Shown here piece after piece: positions 47,497 through 55,855 of a DNA stretch of 64,000 nt. Source of the stretch: a virus. Taxonomy: Duplodnaviria > Caudoviricetes. The stretch lies in IMG/VR virus record IMGVR_UViG_3300048930_000991, positions 1,414 to 65,413 of that record; one strand, 5' to 3'. The notes below the pieces were generated by a model. The model was not told the DNA's origin and ran no database searches. It saw only the letters and a list, made by a program, of their open reading frames with translations. Position 1 is the stretch's first letter; every line of letters begins with the position of its first letter. Position numbers and translations under genes: made by a program.

Positions 47497-47642
47497 GGGG
47501 TGCGGCTAGGGCACGGGGGTGCGCAGGGGTGCGCTGAACGCCCCCGCTCATCATCGCACCCCATAACAACTCAATGCGTTAGCGCTCCCCATCAATCACT
47601 TACGCACCAGGGGGTGCGTGATAGCCGCGATCACCGCACCCC
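47497..47642. promoter_or_regulatory. GGGGTGCG/CGCACCCC repeats (candidate operators) in the divergent switch region
   Basis: Copies at 47497, 47516, 47526 and 47611; inverted at 47555 and 47635; dyad ACGCACC-AGGG-GGTGCGT at 47602-47619. Confidence 0.5.
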
Positions 47643-47677
47643 CTCCCGTCGCGACCGCTGGACTCCTCCACGGATGG

Positions 47678-47692
47678 GAACATAAAGTGAAC
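47678..47692 (+). promoter_or_regulatory. Alphaproteobacterial LexA (SOS) box
   Basis: GAAC-ATAAAGT-GAAC about 40 nt upstream of the ImmA-like ATG. Confidence 0.7.
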
Positions 47693-47734
47693 TTACCGTT
47701 GCCCAATCATCTCTAAGCCGGGGACTTGGTTCCT

Positions 47735-48463
47735 ATGTCCATCGCGATCGCCTATCCCGCAGCCGCAGCGCTCAGCCCGCGCCAGGACGCAGCTGTCCCA
47801 GCCATTCGTACCGTCGCCGCCCAGGTCCGGCGCCAGATCCCGCGCGAGCCCGACAGCCTCTCGCTGACCCTCCCGGCACTGATCGACGCCTGTCGCGCGG
47901 TCGAGGTGAACGAACAGCGCCTGTCCGTGTCCTGGGAGCTGGGCCGCGCGCTGCGCGATGAGTTCGGCCAGTCCGTGCTCGGCCTCTGCGACATCGATGC
48001 GCACGAACCGGGCTGGGCCTACATCGCGGTCAATGGACCAATGACAGCCAATCGCCCTGATCTGGCGCTGAGCACAGCGGCGCATGAGCTCGGCCATCTG
48101 CTGTTCGACGTGCCGGCCGCGCTGGCCAGGGGAGACCACCGCTATCACGCGGTGGCCAGTTCCCCGCGGGCGCTCGAACGCCAGGGTCGTGGCGCTGAAG
48201 CCCGAGCCAACGAGTTCATGGGCGCCCTGCTGGCGCCGCCGGTGCAGCTGCACACGCGGCTGCTGGCCTATGCGCGCAGCGAGGGGCTGCGGCTCTGCCG
48301 CGGGCCGCACCAGGGCCGGCCGGCCAGCCCGATCGTCGCGGCCGGCAATCCGCCGGATGTCCTGGCGGGCGTGCTGGCGGCGCTGGCCGGCGATTTCGGT
48401 GTGTCCGAGCGGTTCATCGCCGTGCGCCTATCTCGCTACGGCCTGGTGGAAGGAGGCGTGTGA
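47735..48463 (+). CDS. ImmA/IrrE-family Zn metallopeptidase
   Basis: STAAHELGH (HEXXH) and EARANEFMGALL. Confidence 0.9.
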   Translation: MSIAIAYPAAAALSPRQDAAVPAIRTVAAQVRRQIPREPDSLSLTLPALIDACRAVEVNEQRLSVSWELGRALRDEFGQSVLGLCDIDAHEPGWAYIAVNGPMTANRPDLALSTAAHELGHLLFDVPAALARGDHRYHAVASSPRALERQGRGAEARANEFMGALLAPPVQLHTRLLAYARSEGLRLCRGPHQGRPASPIVAAGNPPDVLAGVLAALAGDFGVSERFIAVRLSRYGLVEGGV

Positions 48464-48744
48464 TGGCGTTCGGCGATGTGGTGCGCGCCCGGCGCACGGA
48501 GCTCGCGATCGGGCTCAACGATTTGGCCGAGCGGATGGGGATCTCCCCCGGCTATTGGTCACGGATCGAGCGCAATCTCGACAAGCCACCGAGCGATGAG
48601 GTGGTCCAGCGCGCCGCGGCGATCCTCGGCATTCCGCTCGACGCGCTGTTTGTCGAGGCGGAGCGCCTGCCGCCCGATATGCGCAAGGACATGGGTCGCG
48701 TCGTGCTGGCCTATCGGCGCCTGCGCAGCATGCGTGCTGGCTGA
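48463..48744 (+). CDS. XRE-family transcriptional regulator
   Basis: FGDVVRARR...LAERMGISPGYWSRIERN. Confidence 0.9.
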   Translation: MAFGDVVRARRTELAIGLNDLAERMGISPGYWSRIERNLDKPPSDEVVQRAAAILGIPLDALFVEAERLPPDMRKDMGRVVLAYRRLRSMRAG

Positions 48745-48755
48745 GGGAGGAGGCG

Positions 48756-49427
48756 ATGGCAAACCCTCCAAAGAAGAAGGTCTTCTACCAGATCGACGAA
48801 GTGTGCGAGCGGCTCGGGCTGTCGCTACTCGATATGTCGGTGCTGGTATCCGAGCGGAAGATCCAGCTCTGCACCGCAGTGGCTGGCTTACTGGTGGAGG
48901 ACGGCCACTACGAGGTCGCGCTCGATGGCGATGATGCGCCGGTCCCTGATGACCGCTCGCGTGTGCAGGGCCTCGTCGACCTGAAGCCAGACGATGCGTG
49001 GTTCGTTCTGCGGCATGGATCGCAGACGATCTTCTGGCTGGCTGCCGAGCCGGGTTGCTACCGGCGCCTGGTCAGCACGAGCGAGGAAGACCGCGGCTAC
49101 ACCGTCATCCGTGACGAGGTCGGCGTGCGCCACGAGGAGTTCGCGCGCTACGCGGTCACCGAGGAAGCGCTGGATAACATCGCGCTTGGACCGAAGGCCA
49201 GAGGACGCGGCTCGCAGCCGATTTATGACTGGGATGCGGCTCGGCTCGAGGCGTGTCGGCTGATCTACTTCGAGGGTGTGCCGGGGTCCTTCGGCGCCCT
49301 GATCCGGCATGTGCAGGGCTGGTTTGCCGAGAAGGGCGGCAGGGTGCCCGACGAGAGCACGATGAAGCGTCGGCTACGCGATGTCTGGGCCATGTTTGGA
49401 TCGGAGGCAAAGCCGAAGGCGGCGTGA
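48756..49427 (+). CDS. Hypothetical protein with HTH-like N- and C-termini
   Basis: GGAGG RBS; FYQIDEVCERLGLS and C-terminal PDESTMKRRL. Confidence 0.7.
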   Translation: MANPPKKKVFYQIDEVCERLGLSLLDMSVLVSERKIQLCTAVAGLLVEDGHYEVALDGDDAPVPDDRSRVQGLVDLKPDDAWFVLRHGSQTIFWLAAEPGCYRRLVSTSEEDRGYTVIRDEVGVRHEEFARYAVTEEALDNIALGPKARGRGSQPIYDWDAARLEACRLIYFEGVPGSFGALIRHVQGWFAEKGGRVPDESTMKRRLRDVWAMFGSEAKPKAA

Positions 49428-49510
49428 TCGGGGTTCTTCGCGTGGTGCCGTGAGAACGGCACCACCGCAAATCCGTACATAACAGGCAGGACCATGCGTG
49501 TTGGATCGCG

Positions 49511-49714
49511 ATGCCCCTGCCGACCCCGACCAATCACCACCACCCGCCCCACCTCCGCGAGGTGTGCGACCTTCTCGCGCGCGGCCTGCTGCGGCTCCGC
49601 AGCCGCGCTGCCGAGGAAGCGGCGCGGGGTGCGGCGGACCGGGGAGAGCGGTTGCTACACTTCCCGGCCGCCCAGCGCCTGCATGCGAACCGGACCACCC
49701 GGAGAGACGCATGA
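49511..49714 (+). CDS. Small hypothetical protein upstream of DUF2924
   Basis: EVCDLLARGLLRLR; ATGA coupling to the DUF2924 gene. Confidence 0.55.
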   Translation: MPLPTPTNHHHPPHLREVCDLLARGLLRLRSRAAEEAARGAADRGERLLHFPAAQRLHANRTTRRDA

Positions 49715-50217
49715 CGCGCACCACGAAGCCCAAGCCCGCCACCCCGCCGGCGTTCGCCGCCCCCGCCATCCCCCCTGCCGACGTGCTGGGCCGGCTCGCC
49801 GCCCTGAAGACCGCCGCCACACCCGCGCTGAAGCAGCAGTGGCGCGACCTCTTCGGCACCGAGCCGCCGCCCTACAACCGGCGCTTCCTGGAGAGCCGGC
49901 TCGCCTACCGAATCCAAGAGCTTGCCTATGGCGGCCTGAAGCCGGAGACGCTGGCGCGGCTCGAGGCGCTCGGCGAGCAGCTCGACGGCGGCAAGGTCAC
50001 CGTCCGCCGCATGCGCGGCGATGATAAGCCGCTCGCCGGCACGCAGCTGATCCGCGAGTACCGGGGCGTCGAGCACGTCGTGACCGTGACGCGCGCCGGC
50101 TACGAGTACGGGGGCCGCCCCTACCAATCGCTCTCTGCCATCGCCCGCGCCATCACTGGCACGCGGTGGAACGGCCGCGTGTTCTTCGGCCTGCGCCCGA
50201 GTCGGGGCGCGGCATGA
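49711..50217 (+). CDS. DUF2924-domain protein
   Basis: LAYRIQELAYGGL, GTQLIREY, SLSAIARAITGTRWNG. Confidence 0.88.
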   Translation: MTRTTKPKPATPPAFAAPAIPPADVLGRLAALKTAATPALKQQWRDLFGTEPPPYNRRFLESRLAYRIQELAYGGLKPETLARLEALGEQLDGGKVTVRRMRGDDKPLAGTQLIREYRGVEHVVTVTRAGYEYGGRPYQSLSAIARAITGTRWNGRVFFGLRPSRGAA

Positions 50218-51566
50218 AGCGCGACGCGAAGGCGACCGGCATCATGCCGGGCACCGTGAAGAAGCTCCGCTGCGCGGTCTACACCCGGAAGTCGAGCGAG
50301 GAAGGCCTCGACATGGAGTTCAACTCCCTCGATGCGCAGCGCGAAGCGTGTGAGGCGTTTATCGCCAGCCAGCGCGCCGAGGGCTGGGTGCTGGTGCGCG
50401 AGCGCTACGACGATGGCGGCATCTCCGGCGGGACGCTGGAACGCCCCGCCCTGAAGCGCCTCGTCGCCGACATCCAGGAGGGGCTGGTCGACGTGGTGGT
50501 GGTGTACAAGATCGACCGCCTGAGCCGCTCGCTGGTCGACTTCACCAAGCTGGTCGAGGTGTTCGACGCGAACCAGGTCACCTTCGTCTCGGTGACGCAG
50601 TCATTCAACACCACCACCAGCATGGGGCGGCTGACGCTGAACATCCTCCTGTCTTTCGCGCAGTTCGAGCGGGAGGTCATCGGCGAGCGGATCCGCGACA
50701 AGGTCGCGGCGTCGCGCAAGCGGGGCATGTGGATGGGCGGCTTCGTGCCGCTGGGCTACGACGTGCGCGAGCGAAAGCTGTTGGTGAACGACGCAGAGGC
50801 CGCATTGGTGCGGCGGATCTTCCAGGGCTTCGTCGAGATGGAATCGTGCACGAGGCTGGTGCAGGTGCTGCGCGCCGAGGGCGCCACGACGAAGCGGGGC
50901 CGCCCACTGACCAAGAGCGACGTCTACCGCATCCTCAGCAACCGCGTGTACCTCGGCGAGGCGGTGCACAAGGGCACGGCCTATCCCGGCGAGCACGACG
51001 CCATCGTCACCCAGGCGCAGTGGGACGCGGTGCATGCCATCCTGCAGGTCAGCCCGCGGGTGCGGGTCAACCGGACACGGAACACCACCGCGCCGCTGCT
51101 GCGCGGGCTGATCTTCGATAGCGACGGCCGCGCCATGTCGCCGAGCCATAGCCGCGGCCGAGGCGGGCAGATGTACCGCTACTATGTCAGCCAGGCGGTG
51201 CTGAAGGGCGGCGCGACGGAACGGCCGGCGATCGCGCGTCTGCCGGCCGGCGAGATCGAAGCGGCGGTGGTCGCGCAGGTCCGCGGGCTTCTGCGGCAGC
51301 CAGAGATGGTGGTCGGCACCTGGCGGGCCGCGCGCAGCACAGCGCCGGACGTCACCGAGCAGGAGGTACTGCTGGCGCTGGAGCGGATCGAACCGCTGTG
51401 GGACGAGCTGTTCCCGGCCGAGCGGGCGCGCATCGTGCGGCTGCTGGTGGACCGCGTCGACGTCCGGGCCGAGGGCGCCGCGGTGCGGCTGCGGCTGGAC
51501 GGGCTCGGCAGCCTGGTGCGCGACCTCGCTGCGCAGGCGCCCGAGGCCGGGAGGGTCGCAGCATGA
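50214..51566 (+). CDS. Large serine recombinase (probable prophage integrase)
   Basis: CAVYTRKS, SLDAQRE, YKIDRLSRS, FAQFERE. Confidence 0.93.
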   Translation: MKRDAKATGIMPGTVKKLRCAVYTRKSSEEGLDMEFNSLDAQREACEAFIASQRAEGWVLVRERYDDGGISGGTLERPALKRLVADIQEGLVDVVVVYKIDRLSRSLVDFTKLVEVFDANQVTFVSVTQSFNTTTSMGRLTLNILLSFAQFEREVIGERIRDKVAASRKRGMWMGGFVPLGYDVRERKLLVNDAEAALVRRIFQGFVEMESCTRLVQVLRAEGATTKRGRPLTKSDVYRILSNRVYLGEAVHKGTAYPGEHDAIVTQAQWDAVHAILQVSPRVRVNRTRNTTAPLLRGLIFDSDGRAMSPSHSRGRGGQMYRYYVSQAVLKGGATERPAIARLPAGEIEAAVVAQVRGLLRQPEMVVGTWRAARSTAPDVTEQEVLLALERIEPLWDELFPAERARIVRLLVDRVDVRAEGAAVRLRLDGLGSLVRDLAAQAPEAGRVAA

Positions 51567-51994
51567 GCGAGGCGGCACAGACCCTCACCGTGGTCATCCC
51601 GCTCTCGGTGAAGTCGCGCGGCGGGCGGAAGGCGATGGTGACGCCCGGCGTGCTGGCGCTGGAGGGCCGGCAGGACATCACGCTCATCAAGGCGGTCGCA
51701 CGCGCCTTCCGGTGGCGGCGGATGCTGGAAGCCGGCCGCTTCGCGACCATCAACGAACTGGCCGCGGCCGAGAAGATCAACTCTTCCTATGTCTCGCGGG
51801 TGCTGCGGCTGACGCTGCTGGCGCCGGACATCGTCGAGGCGATCCTGGATGGGCGGCAGCCCGAGGGGATGGCGCTGCCAGCGCTGATGGAGGGGTTTCA
51901 GGTAGAGTGGGACCGGCAGCCGCCGCGATGGGCGCTGGTAGTCGGTGCACCGCCAAATGCTTCTCCAAACCTGACCGGATCGGCTATCAGCTAG
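51563..51994 (+). CDS. Recombinase-associated HTH protein
   Basis: ELAAAEKINSSYVSRVLRLTLLAPDIVEAILDG; ATGA-coupled. Confidence 0.75.
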   Translation: MSEAAQTLTVVIPLSVKSRGGRKAMVTPGVLALEGRQDITLIKAVARAFRWRRMLEAGRFATINELAAAEKINSSYVSRVLRLTLLAPDIVEAILDGRQPEGMALPALMEGFQVEWDRQPPRWALVVGAPPNASPNLTGSAIS

Positions 51995-52058
51995 GTGCCG
52001 GGGGACGGGAATCGGTTTAGCCTGGCACAGTCTGAAAAATCTGGGTGAATACAGGCTC

Positions 52059-55000
52059 ATGGCTATCGCAACGATCAAGCAGCTTTGCACGCCCAATGCT
52101 GTCGTCACCGGCGACAGCCTCGTTGAGCAAGTTGCGCAGATTGATGATCTCGCCAAAGGCAAGGTCGATGGCCGTGAATTCTTCCGACGAAATCACTTCA
52201 CCTCCGGCCTAGACTTGCTCGTGAAGCGCGGGTTCGATCGGCTCGCGGGCAAGTCAGAAGATGGCGCCTTCTACCTCACCCAGGCCATGGGAGGAGGAAA
52301 AACCCACAGCCTCATCGCATTCGGGCTTTTGGCTTCAGACCCCGCCCTCAGGCGGGAAATCGTGCCGCGCATCGTCACGGGCTCGGAATTCGGCGCGGCC
52401 AAGGTGGTCATCTTCAACGGCCACCAGAACCCGGAGACCCTCCTCTGGGGCTACATCGCCGAACAGCTCGGCCGGCCTGATGTGATGGCGCCGTTCTGGC
52501 GTAGTGGTGCGAAGACACCCGGCGTCGATGAATGGGTGCAGGCCCTCGGCACCGAACCCGTTCTCATCCTTTTGGACGAGCTGCCCAGCTACCTCCAGAT
52601 GGCCCAGGGCGAGCCGGTGGGCGCCACAACCCTCGGCGACCTGACGATCGGCGCCTTGGAGCGGCTGTTCAACGCGCTGCCGCGATGCCCGCGTGCCTGC
52701 GTCGTCGTCACCAATCTGAAGGACGACGTGTACCTGGAGGGCTCAGGCCAGCTCCGCACGCTGATTGAGAGCCTGACCAAGCACTACGATCGCAACGCCC
52801 AGGCCATCACGCCCGTCCAGCAAAACTCGGGCGAGGTCTTCGCCATTGTCCGAAAGCGCCTCTTCGACGGCTTGCCCAGCGCGGACCGGATCGACGAGAT
52901 CGCGCAGGCCTACGTTGCCGCTCTCCAGAAGGCCAAACGGGTCGACACGATCCCCACCACGCCGGAGACCTTTGTCGAGCGCATCCGGGAAACCTACCCG
53001 TTCCATCCGTCGATCCGCGACATCGTCGCCCGTTTCGCCGAGAATCGCGGCTACCAGAAGACGCGCGCCCTAATCCGTTTGCTTCGCCTCGCCGTCCGGG
53101 GCGCGATGGCGAGCAATGGCAACGCATTCCTGGTCGGCCTCCAGCACCTCGATTTCAACGACCAGGCCACGATCGAGGAAATCCGGAAGATCAACCCGGC
53201 CTATAGCAACGCAATCTCGCGCGACGTCTCCGACCGCGGCAACGCCCTCGCCGAGAAGATCGACGCGATCGACGGCAACACGACCGCATCGGGTGTTGCG
53301 AAGCAGCTGCTGATGTCCTCGCTCTCCAACGCTGAGTCCCCCCTGCGCGGCCTCACAGACGGCGAGCTGATCGAGACCCTGGTTGATCCCCTGCTCGAAG
53401 TCTCCGAGATCAAGACCGCGCTCAGCCGCATTCAGGGCCAGGCTTGGTATCTCTTTCAGGGCATCGATCAGCGCGTATTCTTTGGCCAGACGGCCAACGT
53501 CACCGCTGAGATCACCGAGATCGCGGCCAACATCGCCGAGGAACAGGTCGACCAGACCCTGCGTGAGAAGCTGCGCGAGGTCTTCAAGCCGCGGGCCGGG
53601 GCGCTGTACTCGGACAAGATGGCCATCCTGCCGGCGCTGGATGAGATCCAGCTCGACGACGAACGCCCCACGCTGGTGATCCTGGAACGGCCCGCCGACA
53701 AGCTGCCGCAGGACTTCGTCGACTGGTGGAACAAGCAGGACCTGCAGAACCGCGTCCTCGTCCTCACCGCCGACCCCAATGCCGTCACCACGCTGCGGCT
53801 CAGCGCGCGACGCATGAGAGCCATCGGCAAAGTGGAGGAGCGCATCAAGGCGCAGCACGGCCAGGGCTCGCCGCAGATGGCCGAACTCGATGGCGTGCGC
53901 GACCGTGAAGCGGCCAACTTCACCAGCGCCCTGCGCGAGACCTTTAAGACCATCGTGTTCCCGATGACGAAGGCGCTGCGTCGCGTGGACGACTTCCGCA
54001 TGGAGTTCGACCGCAACGACTACTCCGGCGAGCAGCAGATCATCGACACGCTGACGAAGCGTGGCAAATTCATCCCGAGCGATCAGTTCGACGGCAAGTT
54101 CGAGAACATCCGGCTCGATGCTGAGGACATGCTGTTCGACGCCGACGCAGTGCAGGCATCGTCGTTGCGCCGCAATGCTGCTGTCCGCTCCGGCTGGTTC
54201 TGGCTGCCGAAGGGCGGGCTGGAGCAGTTGGTCCGCACCGCCGTGCAGCGAGGCTTCTGGCGCGAGAAGGAGGGCCTGGTCGCCAAGAAGTGGGAACGCC
54301 TGACGAAGGTCACCGCCCGGCAGGATGACTTCGCCCAGGACCCGATGGTCACCGGCCGCTTCCAGATCAACGTCACCCCCGAGGATGCCGACATCGTCTA
54401 TGTGTCGGAGAGCGGCCCTCCCGACCCCGCAAAGGCCACCAGGCTGGATGGGCGCGTCTATGAGACGGCGGCACCGGCGGTCTGGTTCCTCGGCGTCGAT
54501 TCCAAGGGCGTGGCGAAGACCGGCGCTGCCTGCGAGTGGCGCGCGACCCTGCGCGTGAAGCCCGACGTGCGGCGCCTGGCCACCGGCTATCGCGTGGCGC
54601 TCCTGGCCATCCCGCGGGCTGCAACGATTCGCGCGACCTTTGACGACACCGACCCCCGGACCGGGCCGGAGGTGCCGCACGCTGAGATCGATGCGCCGCC
54701 CAACGCCCGCAAGCTGCGCGTGGTCGCGGAACTGCATGGACAGTTCAGCCAGGAGGAAACCGCTCCGCTGGCGACCGGCATGGATGAAGGCCCCTTCAAC
54801 CCAAGCAAGCCGAAGCTGAAGCCCGACGCCCCTGTCACCATGATCTCCAAGTTCGAGCCGAAGGACACCGCGGCGGCTTTCTCCGCGCTCGACCGCTTGG
54901 CGAAGCTGCCGGAAGCAAAGGTGCTTGGCGGCACGATCGACTTGAACGGCATGCGGTCGGAGGCGGATTTCCTCACGCTCCGTCTGGGGCGTGACGTGCC

Positions 55001-55178
55001 CATTCCCGCTTCGGCACTCGATCAGAAAGTGAAGGATTTGCTGGCCTTGCTCTCCGCCGAGGCGCCCACGGTGAAGCTCCGGCTCGACGGTATTGCCTTT
55101 CCGTCCGGACGGGACCTCATGGCCTTCTGCGACGCGGCAGGTGAGGATTTCGACCGCGTCGCCTGGAAGCAGGACTGA
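52059..55178 (+). CDS. DUF499 AAA+ ATPase (restriction-like defence system)
   Basis: QAMGGGKTH Walker A, LILLDE Walker B, YPFHP. Confidence 0.88.
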   Translation: MAIATIKQLCTPNAVVTGDSLVEQVAQIDDLAKGKVDGREFFRRNHFTSGLDLLVKRGFDRLAGKSEDGAFYLTQAMGGGKTHSLIAFGLLASDPALRREIVPRIVTGSEFGAAKVVIFNGHQNPETLLWGYIAEQLGRPDVMAPFWRSGAKTPGVDEWVQALGTEPVLILLDELPSYLQMAQGEPVGATTLGDLTIGALERLFNALPRCPRACVVVTNLKDDVYLEGSGQLRTLIESLTKHYDRNAQAITPVQQNSGEVFAIVRKRLFDGLPSADRIDEIAQAYVAALQKAKRVDTIPTTPETFVERIRETYPFHPSIRDIVARFAENRGYQKTRALIRLLRLAVRGAMASNGNAFLVGLQHLDFNDQATIEEIRKINPAYSNAISRDVSDRGNALAEKIDAIDGNTTASGVAKQLLMSSLSNAESPLRGLTDGELIETLVDPLLEVSEIKTALSRIQGQAWYLFQGIDQRVFFGQTANVTAEITEIAANIAEEQVDQTLREKLREVFKPRAGALYSDKMAILPALDEIQLDDERPTLVILERPADKLPQDFVDWWNKQDLQNRVLVLTADPNAVTTLRLSARRMRAIGKVEERIKAQHGQGSPQMAELDGVRDREAANFTSALRETFKTIVFPMTKALRRVDDFRMEFDRNDYSGEQQIIDTLTKRGKFIPSDQFDGKFENIRLDAEDMLFDADAVQASSLRRNAAVRSGWFWLPKGGLEQLVRTAVQRGFWREKEGLVAKKWERLTKVTARQDDFAQDPMVTGRFQINVTPEDADIVYVSESGPPDPAKATRLDGRVYETAAPAVWFLGVDSKGVAKTGAACEWRATLRVKPDVRRLATGYRVALLAIPRAATIRATFDDTDPRTGPEVPHAEIDAPPNARKLRVVAELHGQFSQEETAPLATGMDEGPFNPSKPKLKPDAPVTMISKFEPKDTAAAFSALDRLAKLPEAKVLGGTIDLNGMRSEADFLTLRLGRDVPIPASALDQKVKDLLALLSAEAPTVKLRLDGIAFPSGRDLMAFCDAAGEDFDRVAWKQD

Positions 55179-55183
55179 CGATC

Positions 55184-55855
55184 ATGGCCCACGCCCCCGC
55201 CGCACCCGCACCCGCCAGCTTCGACTGCGCCGACATCTATCAGGAGCACGGCTTTCTCGTGCGCCTCACCAAGGGCCGCGACGCGAAGGTGCAGGTGTTC
55301 GAGGTCTTCGGCCGCCCGCCGACGGAACGCGAACCGCAATGGGCGCCCGAGACCATTCTGCGCTGCGAGGCCGCGCGCGAGGTCTGGGACGTCGTCTCGC
55401 CCGAGGCGCGCGCCGAGTTCAACCGGCGCCTGAAGACAGAGAACCGTCCGGCGGGGCGCTGGGGTGCGGATGAGACGGCCGTGCAGCGCCTGTTCGGCAA
55501 GGAATTGCTGGTGCTGCTCTGGGCCATCGAGCTGCCTGACGTGAAGCCGGAGGAGGTCGGCGTCGCGATCCGCAACTGGCTGGGGCTGAAGCCCGAGGAG
55601 CGCTGGTGGCTCTACACCATGACCGCTGCCGGCACCGGGCTGGCGCACCAGGCTGGCATGGGGTGGCGCGGCGCCCTGCGGCAGGCGCTGTGCTTCGGCA
55701 CCCGCCACGACGCCTTCCACCTGGGGGCGGTGACCGGCCGCGGCACGCTGGAGCCGCGGTTGAATGCCCAGTACGTGCAGCCGAAGCGCAAGCCAAGCCG
55801 CAAGAAGAGTGATGACCCTGGCTTCTTTTTCGCTCCGGCGCTGCCGGCCGAATGA
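55184..55855 (+). CDS. DUF3780-family protein
   Basis: FNRRLK, GKELLVLLWAIE, NWLGLKPEERWWLYTMT. Confidence 0.85.
   Translation: MAHAPAAPAPASFDCADIYQEHGFLVRLTKGRDAKVQVFEVFGRPPTEREPQWAPETILRCEAAREVWDVVSPEARAEFNRRLKTENRPAGRWGADETAVQRLFGKELLVLLWAIELPDVKPEEVGVAIRNWLGLKPEERWWLYTMTAAGTGLAHQAGMGWRGALRQALCFGTRHDAFHLGAVTGRGTLEPRLNAQYVQPKRKPSRKKSDDPGFFFAPALPAE

Larger units (their letters stand above)
5594..51994. mobile_element. Lambda-like siphophage prophage with serine-recombinase integration module; defence cargo probably extends it to tRNA-Ser at 63887
   Basis: Complete ordered tail, head, packaging, replication, regulation and recombinase modules; att sites not located. Confidence 0.9.

Noticed and set aside
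51994-52014. GGTGCCGGGGGACGGGAATCG resembles the reverse complement of a tRNA 3' end (possible att)
   Set aside because: Does not match this tRNA-Ser and lacks the GAACC T-loop continuation; likely chance
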